NCBI GenBank assembly: GCA_051439425.1
Contig: JBFRWD010000132.1
Location: 1-43,466 of the forward strand
Direction of reading: 5' to 3'
Length of the DNA: 43,466 bases
DNA from: Synechococcus sp.
GTDB taxonomy: Bacteria > Cyanobacteriota > Cyanobacteriia > Thermostichales > PCC-7336
Shown: piece by piece, positions 9,324-19,828 of the stretch
Position numbering within the stretch: the stretch's first letter is position 1
Layout: the number at the start of each line of letters is the position of its first letter
Position numbers and translations under genes: made by a program
Notes under the pieces: model-generated
What the model was told of the DNA's origin: nothing
Database searches by the model: none
The model's input: the letters and a program-made list of their open reading frames with translations, nothing else

Positions 9324-11630
9324 ATGGCTTATATCCCGCTGCATCACAAATATCGTCCCCAACGGTTTGCCGATGTGGTGGGACAGTCTGCAGTGGTGCA
9401 AACCTTGAGCAATGCTATTCGCAGCGATCGCATCGCTCCCGCCTATCTGTTTTGCGGCCCGCGCGGAACGGGGAAAACCTCTTCGGCTCGCATCTTGGCA
9501 AAATCCCTCAACTGCGTGGATGGCCCTACCCCCGAGCCTTGCAATCAGTGTGATGCTTGCACCTCAATCACGAACGGTTCATCACTAGATGTGATTGAAA
9601 TCGACGCGGCTAGCAATACTGGCGTTGACAATATCCGGGACTTGATCGAGCGATCGCAGTTTGCCCCTGTGAACTGTCGCTACAAGGTCTACGTGCTGGA
9701 CGAGGTGCATATGCTCTCGACAGCTGCGTTTAATGCCCTGCTCAAAACATTGGAGGAGCCACCCCCCCAAGTGGTCTTCGTGCTGGCTACAACCGATCCT
9801 CAACGGGTGCTTCCCACCGTTATTTCTCGTTGCCAGCGGTTCGACTTCCGTCGCATTCCTCTGGAGTCGATGGTGCAGCACCTGCAGGCGATCGCCGGAA
9901 CGGAGCAAATCGAGATCGCTGCCCCCGCTCTCGAACTGATTGCCCAGATTGCTCAAGGGGGCTTGCGGGATGCGGAAAGTTTGCTCGACCAGCTCAGTCT
10001 GTTGCCGGGACAAATTGAGGTTGAAAATGTCTGGGACCTTGTGGGGGCGGTACCGGAGCGGGAGTTACTGGCGTTATTGGATGCGATCGCCCAAAAAGAT
10101 GCTCAACAGGTGGTAACGCAATTGCGGCACCTGATGGACAATGGCAAAGAACCGCTGATTTTGCTGCAAAACTTGACGGGGTTTTATCGTGATTTGCTGC
10201 TGGCAAAAACGGCTCCCGGTCAGCGAGATATGGTTGCGTTGACACAGCCAACGTGGGAAGCGCTGGTGGAGCGTGCCCCTGACTATGGCGTGTCCGATAT
10301 TCTAACTGCGCAACGCTGTCTAATTGATGTGGAGCCGCTGTTGAAGAACACCACCCAACCTCGATTGTGGCTGGAAATCTCTCTTCTCAACTTATTGCAG
10401 GACGAGGCCGCGATCGCCTCTCAACCCATCGCCTCTCAATCCATCACCTCTCAACCCATCGCCTCTCCGGCCATCACCACTCCCGCTGCATCTCCTGCCA
10501 AATCGACGACTGCACCCCCACCGACGGCACTTGAAAGCCCGGCGTCAACCGCACCGCCAGTACCGCCAGTACCTCCTCAAACCGCCGCCGCTTCTCAGCC
10601 CTCCCCGCCGGCCAAATCTCCAGATTCCCAACCCTCAACCACTCCTGCCCCCATACCCCCATCACCTCCCCGCACTGCAACGCCAGCAGCTTCTACTCCC
10701 GCACCAGCAGCCCAACCTGTTTCGCAATCCTCAGTTGTTGTACCACCAGCGGCGTCTCCAGCAGCGATCGCCTCCGGGCATACAGTAGCGGCCCATTGGC
10801 TAGCCGTGCTGGATAGTTTGCCATTTTCCAAAAGCGCGTTGCTCAAGCAACACGTTTGCGTTCAGGAAGAAACCGACACTAAAGCTATCTTGGCGCTGGC
10901 CCCCAACATGCGGGCCTTCTCCACTCGAATTCGCAGCCAGTTCGACGATCTCGAACCGCTGATTTCCCGTCGCCTCGGTCGGCCTATCAAATTAGAACTG
11001 GTGTTGGGAGAGGTTAAACCCTCTTCTGTCTCTGAGACTGCATCGCCTCAGCCTTCTACAGAGACGGCCTCTGTCTCGACGACCTCTTCTCTAACCGCCG
11101 GGTCCAGGTCTAGCGAGATTGCCGATCGAGCGGTTCCAAGCACACCCGTATCGGCTGAGACTCCCGTTCGAACAGTCAGCGAAACTACCAGTCCTGTCGT
11201 TGAAGTGCCAAGCGCTGCATCACCTTTGCCCGGACGATCGCCAGTTGACGAACCCGATATCCTCGAACGAGCTACCAGCCGACTTGCAGATTTTTTCAGC
11301 GGCTGCGTTGTTGACGATACGACTGGCGAAGAGAGCTCACAAACTCCATCCCCCCCAGAACGAGCAAGCTTGGAGTCAGGTACTTCAGAACCACTCGACA
11401 ATTCTCGCCCATCTGCGTTGCCTTCTTCGCCGCCATCCCTCTCTTCGGTACCGTCCCCTTCCCCATCGGAACCGCCTCCTGCCCCTGTTGCTCCCCAACT
11501 CGTTTCCGAACCCATCTCCGAGCACGTGCCAGCGACTCCTGTGGCTGCAACTGAGATACCGATTGCCCCCACTCCTGCCGTTCAATTGGATGAGGAGATG
11601 GAGGAGGACGAATACGAGCTGCCCTTTTAA
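9324..11630 (+). CDS. dnaX: DNA polymerase III subunit gamma/tau
   Basis: HHKYRPQRF, Walker A GPRGTGKT, Zn-binding Cys cluster, EIDAASN, DEVHML, SRCQ; AAGGAG RBS. Confidence 0.97.
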   Translation: MAYIPLHHKYRPQRFADVVGQSAVVQTLSNAIRSDRIAPAYLFCGPRGTGKTSSARILAKSLNCVDGPTPEPCNQCDACTSITNGSSLDVIEIDAASNTGVDNIRDLIERSQFAPVNCRYKVYVLDEVHMLSTAAFNALLKTLEEPPPQVVFVLATTDPQRVLPTVISRCQRFDFRRIPLESMVQHLQAIAGTEQIEIAAPALELIAQIAQGGLRDAESLLDQLSLLPGQIEVENVWDLVGAVPERELLALLDAIAQKDAQQVVTQLRHLMDNGKEPLILLQNLTGFYRDLLLAKTAPGQRDMVALTQPTWEALVERAPDYGVSDILTAQRCLIDVEPLLKNTTQPRLWLEISLLNLLQDEAAIASQPIASQSITSQPIASPAITTPAASPAKSTTAPPPTALESPASTAPPVPPVPPQTAAASQPSPPAKSPDSQPSTTPAPIPPSPPRTATPAASTPAPAAQPVSQSSVVVPPAASPAAIASGHTVAAHWLAVLDSLPFSKSALLKQHVCVQEETDTKAILALAPNMRAFSTRIRSQFDDLEPLISRRLGRPIKLELVLGEVKPSSVSETASPQPSTETASVSTTSSLTAGSRSSEIADRAVPSTPVSAETPVRTVSETTSPVVEVPSAASPLPGRSPVDEPDILERATSRLADFFSGCVVDDTTGEESSQTPSPPERASLESGTSEPLDNSRPSALPSSPPSLSSVPSPSPSEPPPAPVAPQLVSEPISEHVPATPVAATEIPIAPTPAVQLDEEMEEDEYELPF
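10413..10467 (+). repeat. 15-bp in-frame tandem repeat (ATCGCCTCTCAACCC-like, about 3.7 copies) in dnaX
   Basis: ATCGCCTCTCAACCC / ATCGCCTCTCAATCC / ATCACCTCTCAACCC / ATCGCCTCTC, encoding IASQP IASQS ITSQP IAS. Confidence 0.9.
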
Positions 11631-11801
11631 CGGTTGACTCAGTGCGAAAATACGATGGAGATCGAACGGCTTTGATTCTGTCCGGAGTCTACTCCACCGC
11701 AAGAGAGTCCAGGCTGCAAACTTGAGAGTCGCTTCGGCCCGTGCGACAATCTCATGCACAATTCAAGAAACCATGCGCGGAACTAAGACTCATTCAGCAA
11801 C

Positions 11802-12629
11802 ATGAAAGTGGAGGAAATGACAACCCCAGACATGACCTGGCAACAGCGATTGGCGCTCGCCTTCGATCCATTCGACGGGGCGATTGGCCGCTGGATCAAT
11901 ATTGGCTTGGCCCTATTGGTGGTTGTATTTTGCGCCATTTATGTTGTGGGAACCTACCCTATTTCATCGCCGGTGCGTGCCTGGCTGGATATGGCCGATA
12001 CGGCAATTTTGGTGGTGTTTTCATTTGAATATGGCTTGAGATGGCTAGCCGCCCCCTCTAAATCGACCTTTGTCTTGAATTGGTATTCCGCGATCGATCT
12101 GCTATCGATTCTGCCGCTGTGGTTGGGCATCTTCGATATTCGCGTGGTCAAATTCGTACGGCTGCTGAAAGGCTTCCGGGTTTTGCGGCTAGCCCGGTAT
12201 TTCCAAACTGATCGCCGGGAAACCAACCCCATCAGAGCTGACAAAATCATCATTGCCCGCATCATCTTTACACTGTTCACCATCGTGTTCGTCTATGCCG
12301 GCCTGATCTACGAAATCGAGCACGCCAGTAACCCCACCACATTCCGTACCTTTCTGGATGCCTTTTATTTTTCTGTCGTAACCATGACCACCGTGGGCTA
12401 CGGCGATGTTACTCCGGTGTCTGACGGTGGTCGCTTGCTAACGGTCCTGATGATTTTGACCGGAATCGCGCTGGTGCCGTGGCAAGTGGGGGATCTGATT
12501 AAGCGGCTGGTGCGATCTCAAGCCTCAATCGAAATACCGTGTAGCCACTGTGGATTGGCGTTTCACGAGGCTGACTCCATGTTTTGCCGTCGGTGTGGTA
12601 CCCGATTGAAGGACATAGCGGAGCTATAG
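11802..12629 (+). CDS. 6-TM voltage-gated-type potassium channel with C-terminal zinc ribbon
   Basis: TMTTVGYGD selectivity filter, Arg/Lys-periodic S4 (VRLLKGFRVLRLAR), CSHC...CRRC. Confidence 0.92.
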   Translation: MKVEEMTTPDMTWQQRLALAFDPFDGAIGRWINIGLALLVVVFCAIYVVGTYPISSPVRAWLDMADTAILVVFSFEYGLRWLAAPSKSTFVLNWYSAIDLLSILPLWLGIFDIRVVKFVRLLKGFRVLRLARYFQTDRRETNPIRADKIIIARIIFTLFTIVFVYAGLIYEIEHASNPTTFRTFLDAFYFSVVTMTTVGYGDVTPVSDGGRLLTVLMILTGIALVPWQVGDLIKRLVRSQASIEIPCSHCGLAFHEADSMFCRRCGTRLKDIAEL

Positions 12630-12740
12630 GCGGTTTTCTGCTGAACTGATGTTGGTAGGCATCGGATGGAGGAGTGTCAACCGGGTTGGAGATTCAGCTA
12701 AGCTAAACCACGGTCTTGCTACACCTTCCCCTCCTAACTT

Positions 12741-14030
12741 ATGTCCGACTCTGTTCGTTTCTCCAAGGCTTGTGCAGAAATTCTCTGTATCGGTACCGAA
12801 CTGTTGCTGGGAGAAATCCTGAATAGCAATGCCCAATACTTAGCGCAACGACTGGCAGAATTAGGCATTCCGCATCACATCCAAACGGTTGTGGGAGACA
12901 ACATCGATCGCATCCACGACCAACTGCGTCTTGCCCAAACCCGCAGCAGTATTGTCATCACCACCGGAGGGCTTGGCCCCACCCCCGACGACCTCACTCA
13001 TCGAGCTCTAGCCAGCTTTTTTGACACCCCCCTCATCGAGCAACTCGAGATTGTGGCGGACTTAGAGGCCAAATTCGCTCAACGGGGTCGCATCATGAGT
13101 CCCAGCAATCGCCAACAGGCTCAAATTCCCGATGGGGCCGATATTCTCCCCAATCCTGTAGGCACCGCTCCCGGCATTATTTGGGAAGCCGCTCCCGACT
13201 TTACTCTGCTGACCTTCCCCGGTGTCCCCCGCGAAATGCACGCCATGTGGGCCGAGACCGCTATTTCCTTCCTCAAATCCCAAGGCTGGGGGCAGCAGGT
13301 GTTCCATAGTAAAGTGTTGCGCCACTGGGGGGTATCCGAATCGGGTTTGGCGGAGAAAATTGGCGACCTGTTCGACCTTGAGAATCCGACAGTGGCTCCT
13401 TACGCGGGCAAGGGTGAAGTCCGTATTCGCATTACTGCCAAAGCTGCAACTGTTGAGGAGGCAGAAGCGCTAGTGGAACCTGTGGCAGCCAAAATTCAGG
13501 CGATCGCTGGCCAGGATAACTACGGAGTCGATGATGACACCCTCCCCACAGTACTTGGAGACCTTTTAAACGCAGCTGGCCAAACGGTGGCGATCGCGGA
13601 ATCCTGCACTGGGGGCGGTATCGGCCAGCAACTGAGTGCAGTCCCCGGTAGTTCTGCCTATTTTTTGGGGTCAGTGGTGTCCTACGACAACCGCGTCAAA
13701 CAGCAGTTGCTGGGAGTGTCGGAAACTGACGTTATCCAATACGGAGCCGTCAGCGAATCTGTGGCCGGCCAAATGGCGATTGGTATTAAAAACGCCCTCG
13801 GTAGCGATTGGGGCATCAGCGCTACTGGGATTGCAGGGCCAAACGGGGGCACGGACGAGAAGCCGGTGGGTTTGGTTTACATCGGCATTGCCCACCCCGA
13901 TGGCACCGTCTCCGTCCAGGAATATCGCTTTGGGGCAACGCGTGGCCGAGAGTGGGTGCGCTGGTTGACCGCACAAGCGGCGATCGACCGCCTGCGCCGT
14001 ATCCTTTTGAACAACCAAGCGGTTTGTTAG
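12741..14030 (+). CDS. cinA: Competence/damage-inducible protein CinA (MoCF-like + NMN deamidase PncC domain)
   Basis: IGTELLLG, TGGLGPTPDDLT, GTAPG, AESCTGG, ATGIAGPNGG. Confidence 0.96.
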   Translation: MSDSVRFSKACAEILCIGTELLLGEILNSNAQYLAQRLAELGIPHHIQTVVGDNIDRIHDQLRLAQTRSSIVITTGGLGPTPDDLTHRALASFFDTPLIEQLEIVADLEAKFAQRGRIMSPSNRQQAQIPDGADILPNPVGTAPGIIWEAAPDFTLLTFPGVPREMHAMWAETAISFLKSQGWGQQVFHSKVLRHWGVSESGLAEKIGDLFDLENPTVAPYAGKGEVRIRITAKAATVEEAEALVEPVAAKIQAIAGQDNYGVDDDTLPTVLGDLLNAAGQTVAIAESCTGGGIGQQLSAVPGSSAYFLGSVVSYDNRVKQQLLGVSETDVIQYGAVSESVAGQMAIGIKNALGSDWGISATGIAGPNGGTDEKPVGLVYIGIAHPDGTVSVQEYRFGATRGREWVRWLTAQAAIDRLRRILLNNQAVC

Positions 14031-14092
14031 CCAACATGTCGAACAGCCCAACGGCGAGACCGTGCCAACCATTCAATTCGCAAGTCACGCAG

Positions 14093-14124
14093 AAAAAGCC
14101 CCGAGTGGCGATCGCCGCTCGGGG
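14093..14124 (-). terminator. Rho-independent terminator of prk
   Basis: Minus strand CCCCGAGCGGCG-AT-CGCCACTCGGGG followed by CTTTTT, about 70 nt after the prk stop. Confidence 0.8.
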
Positions 14125-14192
14125 TAAACATGAATGTCGATGTCAATAACAGGCCGCGGGTTATTTCCATCGGGGCCCTACAGCCATCAAAA

Positions 14193-15194
14193 CTACGCTG
14201 TCGCCAGTTGAGCCTCAGAGGTCAGTGCTTCGTACATAGCGCGCAATTTCAGGCCCACAATCACTTGGAATAAGCCAGAACCGTTACGAGAGCCAGGATA
14301 CTCGGGGTTCTTGCGCAGTAGCTCGGTCAATTCACCGTATTGCTTGGTGGACAGACCGCTGAGGTGGTTTTCCAAGTAGATCACTTCTTCCAGGTTCTCA
14401 ATCTGGCCGTCTACTTCCAATAAAGACACGGCCTTGCCGTAGTACTCGGTGGGACCGTAATGGAGCTTGATACCGGGATAAGAGCAGGTGAGCTTCTTAC
14501 CGCAAGGAATCCAATCAATGGTGGAGCCTTCATCGAAGAGGTATGCAGGCTCGAAATTGCTAACCCCTTCGGATTGAACCAAGCGCACCTTGAGAGTTTT
14601 GTGCTCTTTATCAACTTCCGACAGCAGGTCAGTGGGCAACACTTCAATGACGACATCTGCGTACTTCTTCTGAATGTCGATAAATGCCTCGAAGTCGGGA
14701 CGACGGGCTTCAATGGAGCGAAGTACATCTTCGTAGGTGTGACCGCGCTCGGCCATGTCCCGCTGCACCTTCCATGCCACCTTAATCTCGGGGCTGATGT
14801 CCAGATAGACGCTGAAGTCGAGCAGTTCGCGTACCCGCTCGTCGTACATGGGGTGCAAACCTTCGATGACCACAATGCGGTTTGGATCTACCTTTTCGGG
14901 AGGATCGATTAGGCCCGTTTCGTGATTGTAAATGGGCTTCATGATGCTCTCGCCAGACTTGATGGCTTTGACTTGCTCGTACATCAAGTCAAAATTGTTG
15001 GCGCGAGGATCGAGCGCTGTAATACCGGTCTCTTTGCGCTGATAGCGATCCAAAGAATGGTAGTCATCCAGGCAAATGGTGGTGATCAACTCTTCGCCGA
15101 AGAGATCGCTCAACCGACGGAGGAAGGTGGATTTACCGCAGCCAGAATCTCCAGCTACGCCAATCAGTACTACGCGGTCGATGTTGCGGGCCAT
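14193..15194 (-). CDS. prk: Phosphoribulokinase (class II, cyanobacterial/plant type)
   Basis: GVAGDSGCGKSTF, CLDDYHSLDR, RDMAERGH, WIPCGKKLTCSYPG; AAGGAG RBS. Confidence 0.98.
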   Translation of the reverse strand: MARNIDRVVLIGVAGDSGCGKSTFLRRLSDLFGEELITTICLDDYHSLDRYQRKETGITALDPRANNFDLMYEQVKAIKSGESIMKPIYNHETGLIDPPEKVDPNRIVVIEGLHPMYDERVRELLDFSVYLDISPEIKVAWKVQRDMAERGHTYEDVLRSIEARRPDFEAFIDIQKKYADVVIEVLPTDLLSEVDKEHKTLKVRLVQSEGVSNFEPAYLFDEGSTIDWIPCGKKLTCSYPGIKLHYGPTEYYGKAVSLLEVDGQIENLEEVIYLENHLSGLSTKQYGELTELLRKNPEYPGSRNGSGLFQVIVGLKLRAMYEALTSEAQLATA

Positions 15195-15646
15195 TGTGTC
15201 TCCTTCGGTTGGACGTCAAGTCTGGTAAAAGGTTGATGGTTATACGGGGCTCTCGGTCGGCGGAATGGCACGTGAAGACGCCGCTTCCTGGACAGATCGA
15301 TCTATTCCTGGTGGACGGAGCCCTAATCGGGTAGAGCCCAAATTAGGTAGATCGGGGGACACAGACTGTTAAGGAACTGTGAAATCCGTAAAATCCACCA
15401 CAGTCTATCAGACGGCTTTTATCCCTCACAAGCCAACATGGGCTTCTCATTCGGGTAAATTTCTACTTATTTTAAGGCTAAGTTCAACAAATATTGCAGT
15501 TTGCTTGATTGAAGCCGTAAGCGGCATCGGAAGCGGTGCTAGTGTAAGAAAACCTTAAGCCGCTCTAGCCATGTTGGAGTGAGTTGTAAAGGCCCGAGTC
15601 AACCCCGACACATACACGGGTACACAGAAGAATCTGAGGATTGATC

Positions 15647-15949
15647 GTGAGCAACGACGTGCGTTCGATGTTGGAAGAGTCGATGGCTCCAGCCGAGTGG
15701 ACGTGGCTGCGATCGCATGCGGTTGCAGGCCGGATGGTGGTGGTTAGTCGTGCACTTGATTTGATAGAAGTCGGCGAAGCACTGGCAGCAGACAATACCA
15801 GTCAAGTGCAGGTTTGGCTGGATGAGGGGCTTGTGTCGGTTGCGACTCAAGAAGAAATAGACAAGCGAGACCGCCTCCCGGGCAAGACGGAGGTAATGGC
15901 AGCTATTGTTCAACCGTTTGTCTTGGTACCGGCGATGGAAGAGGTTTAG
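15647..15949 (+). CDS. DUF2288 family protein
   Basis: AEWTWLRSHA, LDLIEVGEALAADNTSQVQVWL, AIVQPFVL; GAGGA 6 nt before GTG 15647. Confidence 0.85.
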   Translation: MSNDVRSMLEESMAPAEWTWLRSHAVAGRMVVVSRALDLIEVGEALAADNTSQVQVWLDEGLVSVATQEEIDKRDRLPGKTEVMAAIVQPFVLVPAMEEV

Positions 15950-16013
15950 CCGACGATATCTGCTTGGACGCTATTGCGCTTACCTGAAGGGCCACCAAAT
16001 CTTAGGGGGTATT

Positions 16014-16643
16014 TCAGGGCTGCTCCTTGCTGAGTTGTTCAAACGCTCCAGCAATGTCGGATGTTTCCCCTGAAGAGAGTTGAGATGACTCGGAGAGGTT
16101 GGAACGGATGGCGGACTCGTCGCTCTTGCTATTGGGTGGTTCATCCGTAGGAGAGAGAGCAGGAGGTGGTTCGGATAGCTCTGGTGTTGGTAAAAAGTCT
16201 ACCAATGTCCATTCTGATATTGACGTATTGGTGGCGCTAGGTTGTGGCTGGGCCAATAGCCACCGCTCGCGTCCCGTTTCGGGCTCGATCTCTGGTATCA
16301 GAGTGAGAGTAAAGGGCTCTATACGCTTGTATCGAGATCGTTGATTGGGGGTGCGAATCGCAAGAGTGTAAGTTCCACTAACTTCTATACCTGGATAGCT
16401 CTCTCCGTCGACTTGCAAGTCTGTCGGTCGTTGAGTGCGTACCTTGACCGATCGCACCTGCGACCACTCTTCCAGCAGCTCGATGCCTACTAACGTGTTA
16501 GCCGTGTCTGTGGCATGGGCGATCTCAAATTGCAGGGCGCTGTCCACCACCGAATGGGGCGCACTGGCTCCGCAAGCCACCAGCCCCAGCCCCATTAGGC
16601 AGATTATGCAGATCCGGAGGAGCCCAGCGAGCAAGCGACCCAT
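16014..16643 (-). CDS. Hypothetical lipoprotein
   Basis: From ATG 16643: basic N-region, hydrophobic core, lipobox LVAC; VSGTYTL and FTLTL strands; Ser/Pro-rich tail. Confidence 0.65.
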   Translation of the reverse strand: MGRLLAGLLRICIICLMGLGLVACGASAPHSVVDSALQFEIAHATDTANTLVGIELLEEWSQVRSVKVRTQRPTDLQVDGESYPGIEVSGTYTLAIRTPNQRSRYKRIEPFTLTLIPEIEPETGRERWLLAQPQPSATNTSISEWTLVDFLPTPELSEPPPALSPTDEPPNSKSDESAIRSNLSESSQLSSGETSDIAGAFEQLSKEQP

Positions 16644-17096
16644 AGTCCTTAGCGTATAGAAGGCACCCTCAACCATACATCTAGGAGCTGATGATTTCGC
16701 GACGCGATCGCAGAATGTCAAGTCAATGCCTGGCATGGAATGCACGTTTGCCTGCTAAACATCCATCGTTAAATGGGTGGAGGATAGAGAAAATAACAGG
16801 TTTAATATGCTGAGGGTTTGGTACCTCGATCCTCTACCGAGCCAGCTTGCTACGCAAACGCGATACTTTCGTGCATTGAATCTGAGATTCAGACTAGCTT
16901 GTAGGCAATTAGTTCGTGTTCCGTTGTGAGCCGATTGTCCCCAGAACAGCAAGGTTCTTTGGTGTTCCTGTTCCTTTCCACCTCAACGATCGCCAGAAAT
17001 TCACTTGTGGGAGATATCCATTCCATCTGACAATGTGACTTTGCGGCGGTATTTTTTATTGGTACAGCATTTGACAATGATTGAGGCGATTCGCTG

Positions 17097-18047
17097 GTGG
17101 GTCTGATTTGGTTAGCGTTGGGCTTCACCCTCCTGGTGCTGGGAGGGGAAGGGGTAGTACGTGGCGCTGCTAGCTTAGCCCGAAAATTGGCGATTCCTCC
17201 GCTCATCATTGGCTTAACTGTTGTGGCCTTTGGAACCTCATCCCCAGAATTGGGGGTCAGTGTGGTTGCCGGATTGCAAGGGAATGACGAAATTGCGATC
17301 GCCAATGTTGTGGGCAGCAATATTTTCAATGTGCTGATGGCCATCGGTATCCCTGCGGCAATTGCACCGATTCGCACCTCAATGACTCTGCTCTCGCGAG
17401 AACTTCCCATTCTGTTTTCCGTCACGGCGGTGGCAACGGCGCTGGCGATCGTCGGTCACCAACTCAACCGACCGGAGGCTGCCGTTCTCCTAATTGGGTT
17501 ATTTGCGTTTATTACCTATAGCTATTGGGCGGCTCGCTCTGAACCCGAGCGGATTCATGATGAGTACGACGAAGGCATTGGCAAAGAGGCTGCCACCCTA
17601 ACGTCGTTCGCCTACTTAGCTCTGGGGGTTGCGCTGCTAATTGGTGGCTCGCAATTGGTGGTTAGGGGGGCAACTCAGATCGCCAGCGGTTTGGGGATTT
17701 CCCAGACCATTATTGGTTTGACTATTGTTGCGATGGGGACATCCCTGCCGGAATTGATGACCTCAACAATGGCTGCGGTAAAAGGGGAAGGGGATCTGGC
17801 GATCGGCAATGCCCTTGGAAGCAATATTTTTAATCTGTTGGGCATTTTGGGAGTGGCGGGACTGGTTCATCCGTTACAGGTCGCCCGCGAGCTGGCTTGG
17901 TTCGATTTGCCTTGGATGGTTATGGCAACGTTGTTGCTATTCCCTTTGGTCATTACGAACAAAAAGATTTCTCGGACTGAAGGGCTGATCATGGTAGCCC
18001 TCTACGCAATTTACACAACTTGGCTCGTGGTGCGAGCGTTGGGCTAG
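17097..18047 (+). CDS. Calcium/sodium antiporter (CaCA, YrbG family)
   Basis: Two alpha-repeats GTSSPE and GTSLPE, two GSNIFN motifs, about 10 TM segments. Confidence 0.95.
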   Translation: MGLIWLALGFTLLVLGGEGVVRGAASLARKLAIPPLIIGLTVVAFGTSSPELGVSVVAGLQGNDEIAIANVVGSNIFNVLMAIGIPAAIAPIRTSMTLLSRELPILFSVTAVATALAIVGHQLNRPEAAVLLIGLFAFITYSYWAARSEPERIHDEYDEGIGKEAATLTSFAYLALGVALLIGGSQLVVRGATQIASGLGISQTIIGLTIVAMGTSLPELMTSTMAAVKGEGDLAIGNALGSNIFNLLGILGVAGLVHPLQVARELAWFDLPWMVMATLLLFPLVITNKKISRTEGLIMVALYAIYTTWLVVRALG

Positions 18048-18167
18048 AAATGCATAGTGAGTTGGCTGCCTGACGAGCTAATTGTCTACAGAATGACTCG
18101 TGTCGCGATTCAGTCTAACGGGTAAATAGAGCCAATATTCTCAATCACGTCAACCTGAGTTCAGCAA

Positions 18168-18207
18168 CCCTCATCCCCAATCCTCTTCCCACATTGGGAG
18201 AAGAGAG
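18168..18207. repeat. Short REP-like intergenic palindromic element (CCCTCATCCCC...CTCTTCCC-loop-GGGAGAAGAG)
   Basis: Imperfect hairpin between the convergent antiporter and glgA genes; resembles the widespread CCCTCxCCCCxxCCCxTCTCCC...GGGAGAGG repeat type. Confidence 0.5.
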
Positions 18208-18379
18208 CAAGGGACTGCAACCCTAATAATTGTGTTGCCCTGTGAGTCAAATATCCCAATCAAGTGGCTCTGTTGAACTGACGTCGCATCAAAACCCCTA
18301 CATCAAAATCATCGATACTGGCCCCTCCTGACTTGCTTCTTCATGCTGCTTTTCATGCAGATAATGTAGAGCCTTGAGG

Positions 18380-19828
18380 TTAGGTGGCAGAGACGGCGGT
18401 AACTGGGGTCGTAGGAGGCATCAATTCAGGCAGGTCGAGCCCCATCACATACCCGTATATTTTGATGTATTCATCAGCCGATCTCGTCCAGCTAAAGTCT
18501 TGCGCCATTCCACGTTTTTGCAACGCCTGCCAAGCGTCCTTATATTGGAATCCCTCCCAAGCTCGTACCATAGCGGTAAAGAAATCCAAGCCTTCGTAGC
18601 GATCGAAACAGTAGCCCGTACCTTCACCTGCCACTGGATTGTGATGGGACACGGTATCCACTAGGCCACCAGTGCGGCGCACGATGGGAACACATCCATA
18701 CCGCAATGCGATCATCTGACTGATACCGCAGGGTTCGAAGCGACTGGGCATTAAGAAAGCATCTGCTCCGGCATAGATGCGCTGAGCCAGGTTGGGGTCA
18801 AATTTTGAGAAGAAGGTCACCCGATTTCCCCATCGATCGCTCATCTCCTGTAGCTTTCCTTCAAAGTGAGGATCGCCGCTGCCCAGCACCACTAATTGAG
18901 CATCGCTGTAGGGTAAAAAGCGATCGACGGCTTGTACCACCAGATCGATCCCTTTCTGGTTAACCAAGCGAGAGACCATCCCCATCAAGAAGGCGTCTGG
19001 ATTGGGATTTAACCCCGCTTCAGTCTGCAGCGCGATTTTGTTGGCAGAGCGTAATTCTAAGCGATCGACGCTAAAGTTCTTTTCGAGCACGGTATCGGTA
19101 TTGGGGTCAAATCTATCCATATCTAATCCGTTCAGGACGCCATGCAGGCGCAATCCAATGGATGCCAGGAGATCGTTCAAGTGTTCCCCATGGGCCGGAC
19201 TGCAAATTTCACGCGCGTAGGTAGGCGACACGGTTGTGACCTGGTCGGCATAGCCGATCGCCGCAGCCATAGTGTTGTGCATGTGGAAGTTTTCGGGCAG
19301 CCACGTCATCCGCTCCAGCATCCATTTCCACGGTCCTTGGTAGGCCAAATTGTGGATGGTAAATACAGTGCCGATATCGGAGGTATCTCGCATCCAGACA
19401 GGAACCATGCCCGTATGCCAGTCATGGCAGTGAATGATGTTGGGTTTCCAATGGTTCCAAGCAAATTCGGCTACTGAGTTGGCGAAAAAAGTGAACCGCC
19501 AAGGCTCGTCTTCTCCCCCGTAAATCCGATGGGGGGCAAAGGCATAGTGCTCCACTAAGTAAAGAGGGACATCCGTTCCTGGCAAGACACTTTCGTAAAT
19601 GTTGCAGTTGGTCTCCATCACAGTGGACGACCAAACGGGGCCCTGTTTGATGCAGTTGAGAAACTGCTCTTGCTCCCATAAGAAACCGTAGAATGGCAGA
19701 ATCACGCGTACATCGAATCCACGCTGGCGCAGCACCGCAGGTAGCGATCCCACGACATCTGCCATCCCTCCAGCTTTTGCAATGGGCGCTGCTTCAGCAG
19801 CAGCAAACAAGATCTTGACGTCAGCCAT
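18380..19828 (-). CDS. glgA: Glycogen synthase
   Basis: KAGGMADV, HCHDWHT, FTIHNLAYQG, SRLVNQKG, MPSRFEPCGISQM, RTGGLVDTV. Confidence 0.97.
   Translation of the reverse strand: MADVKILFAAAEAAPIAKAGGMADVVGSLPAVLRQRGFDVRVILPFYGFLWEQEQFLNCIKQGPVWSSTVMETNCNIYESVLPGTDVPLYLVEHYAFAPHRIYGGEDEPWRFTFFANSVAEFAWNHWKPNIIHCHDWHTGMVPVWMRDTSDIGTVFTIHNLAYQGPWKWMLERMTWLPENFHMHNTMAAAIGYADQVTTVSPTYAREICSPAHGEHLNDLLASIGLRLHGVLNGLDMDRFDPNTDTVLEKNFSVDRLELRSANKIALQTEAGLNPNPDAFLMGMVSRLVNQKGIDLVVQAVDRFLPYSDAQLVVLGSGDPHFEGKLQEMSDRWGNRVTFFSKFDPNLAQRIYAGADAFLMPSRFEPCGISQMIALRYGCVPIVRRTGGLVDTVSHHNPVAGEGTGYCFDRYEGLDFFTAMVRAWEGFQYKDAWQALQKRGMAQDFSWTRSADEYIKIYGYVMGLDLPELMPPTTPVTAVSAT

Noticed and set aside
9324..11630. Intein or programmed frameshift in dnaX
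   Set aside because: The Walker B region (DEVHML) is uninterrupted, and I saw no A-AAA-AAG or long homopolymer after domain III
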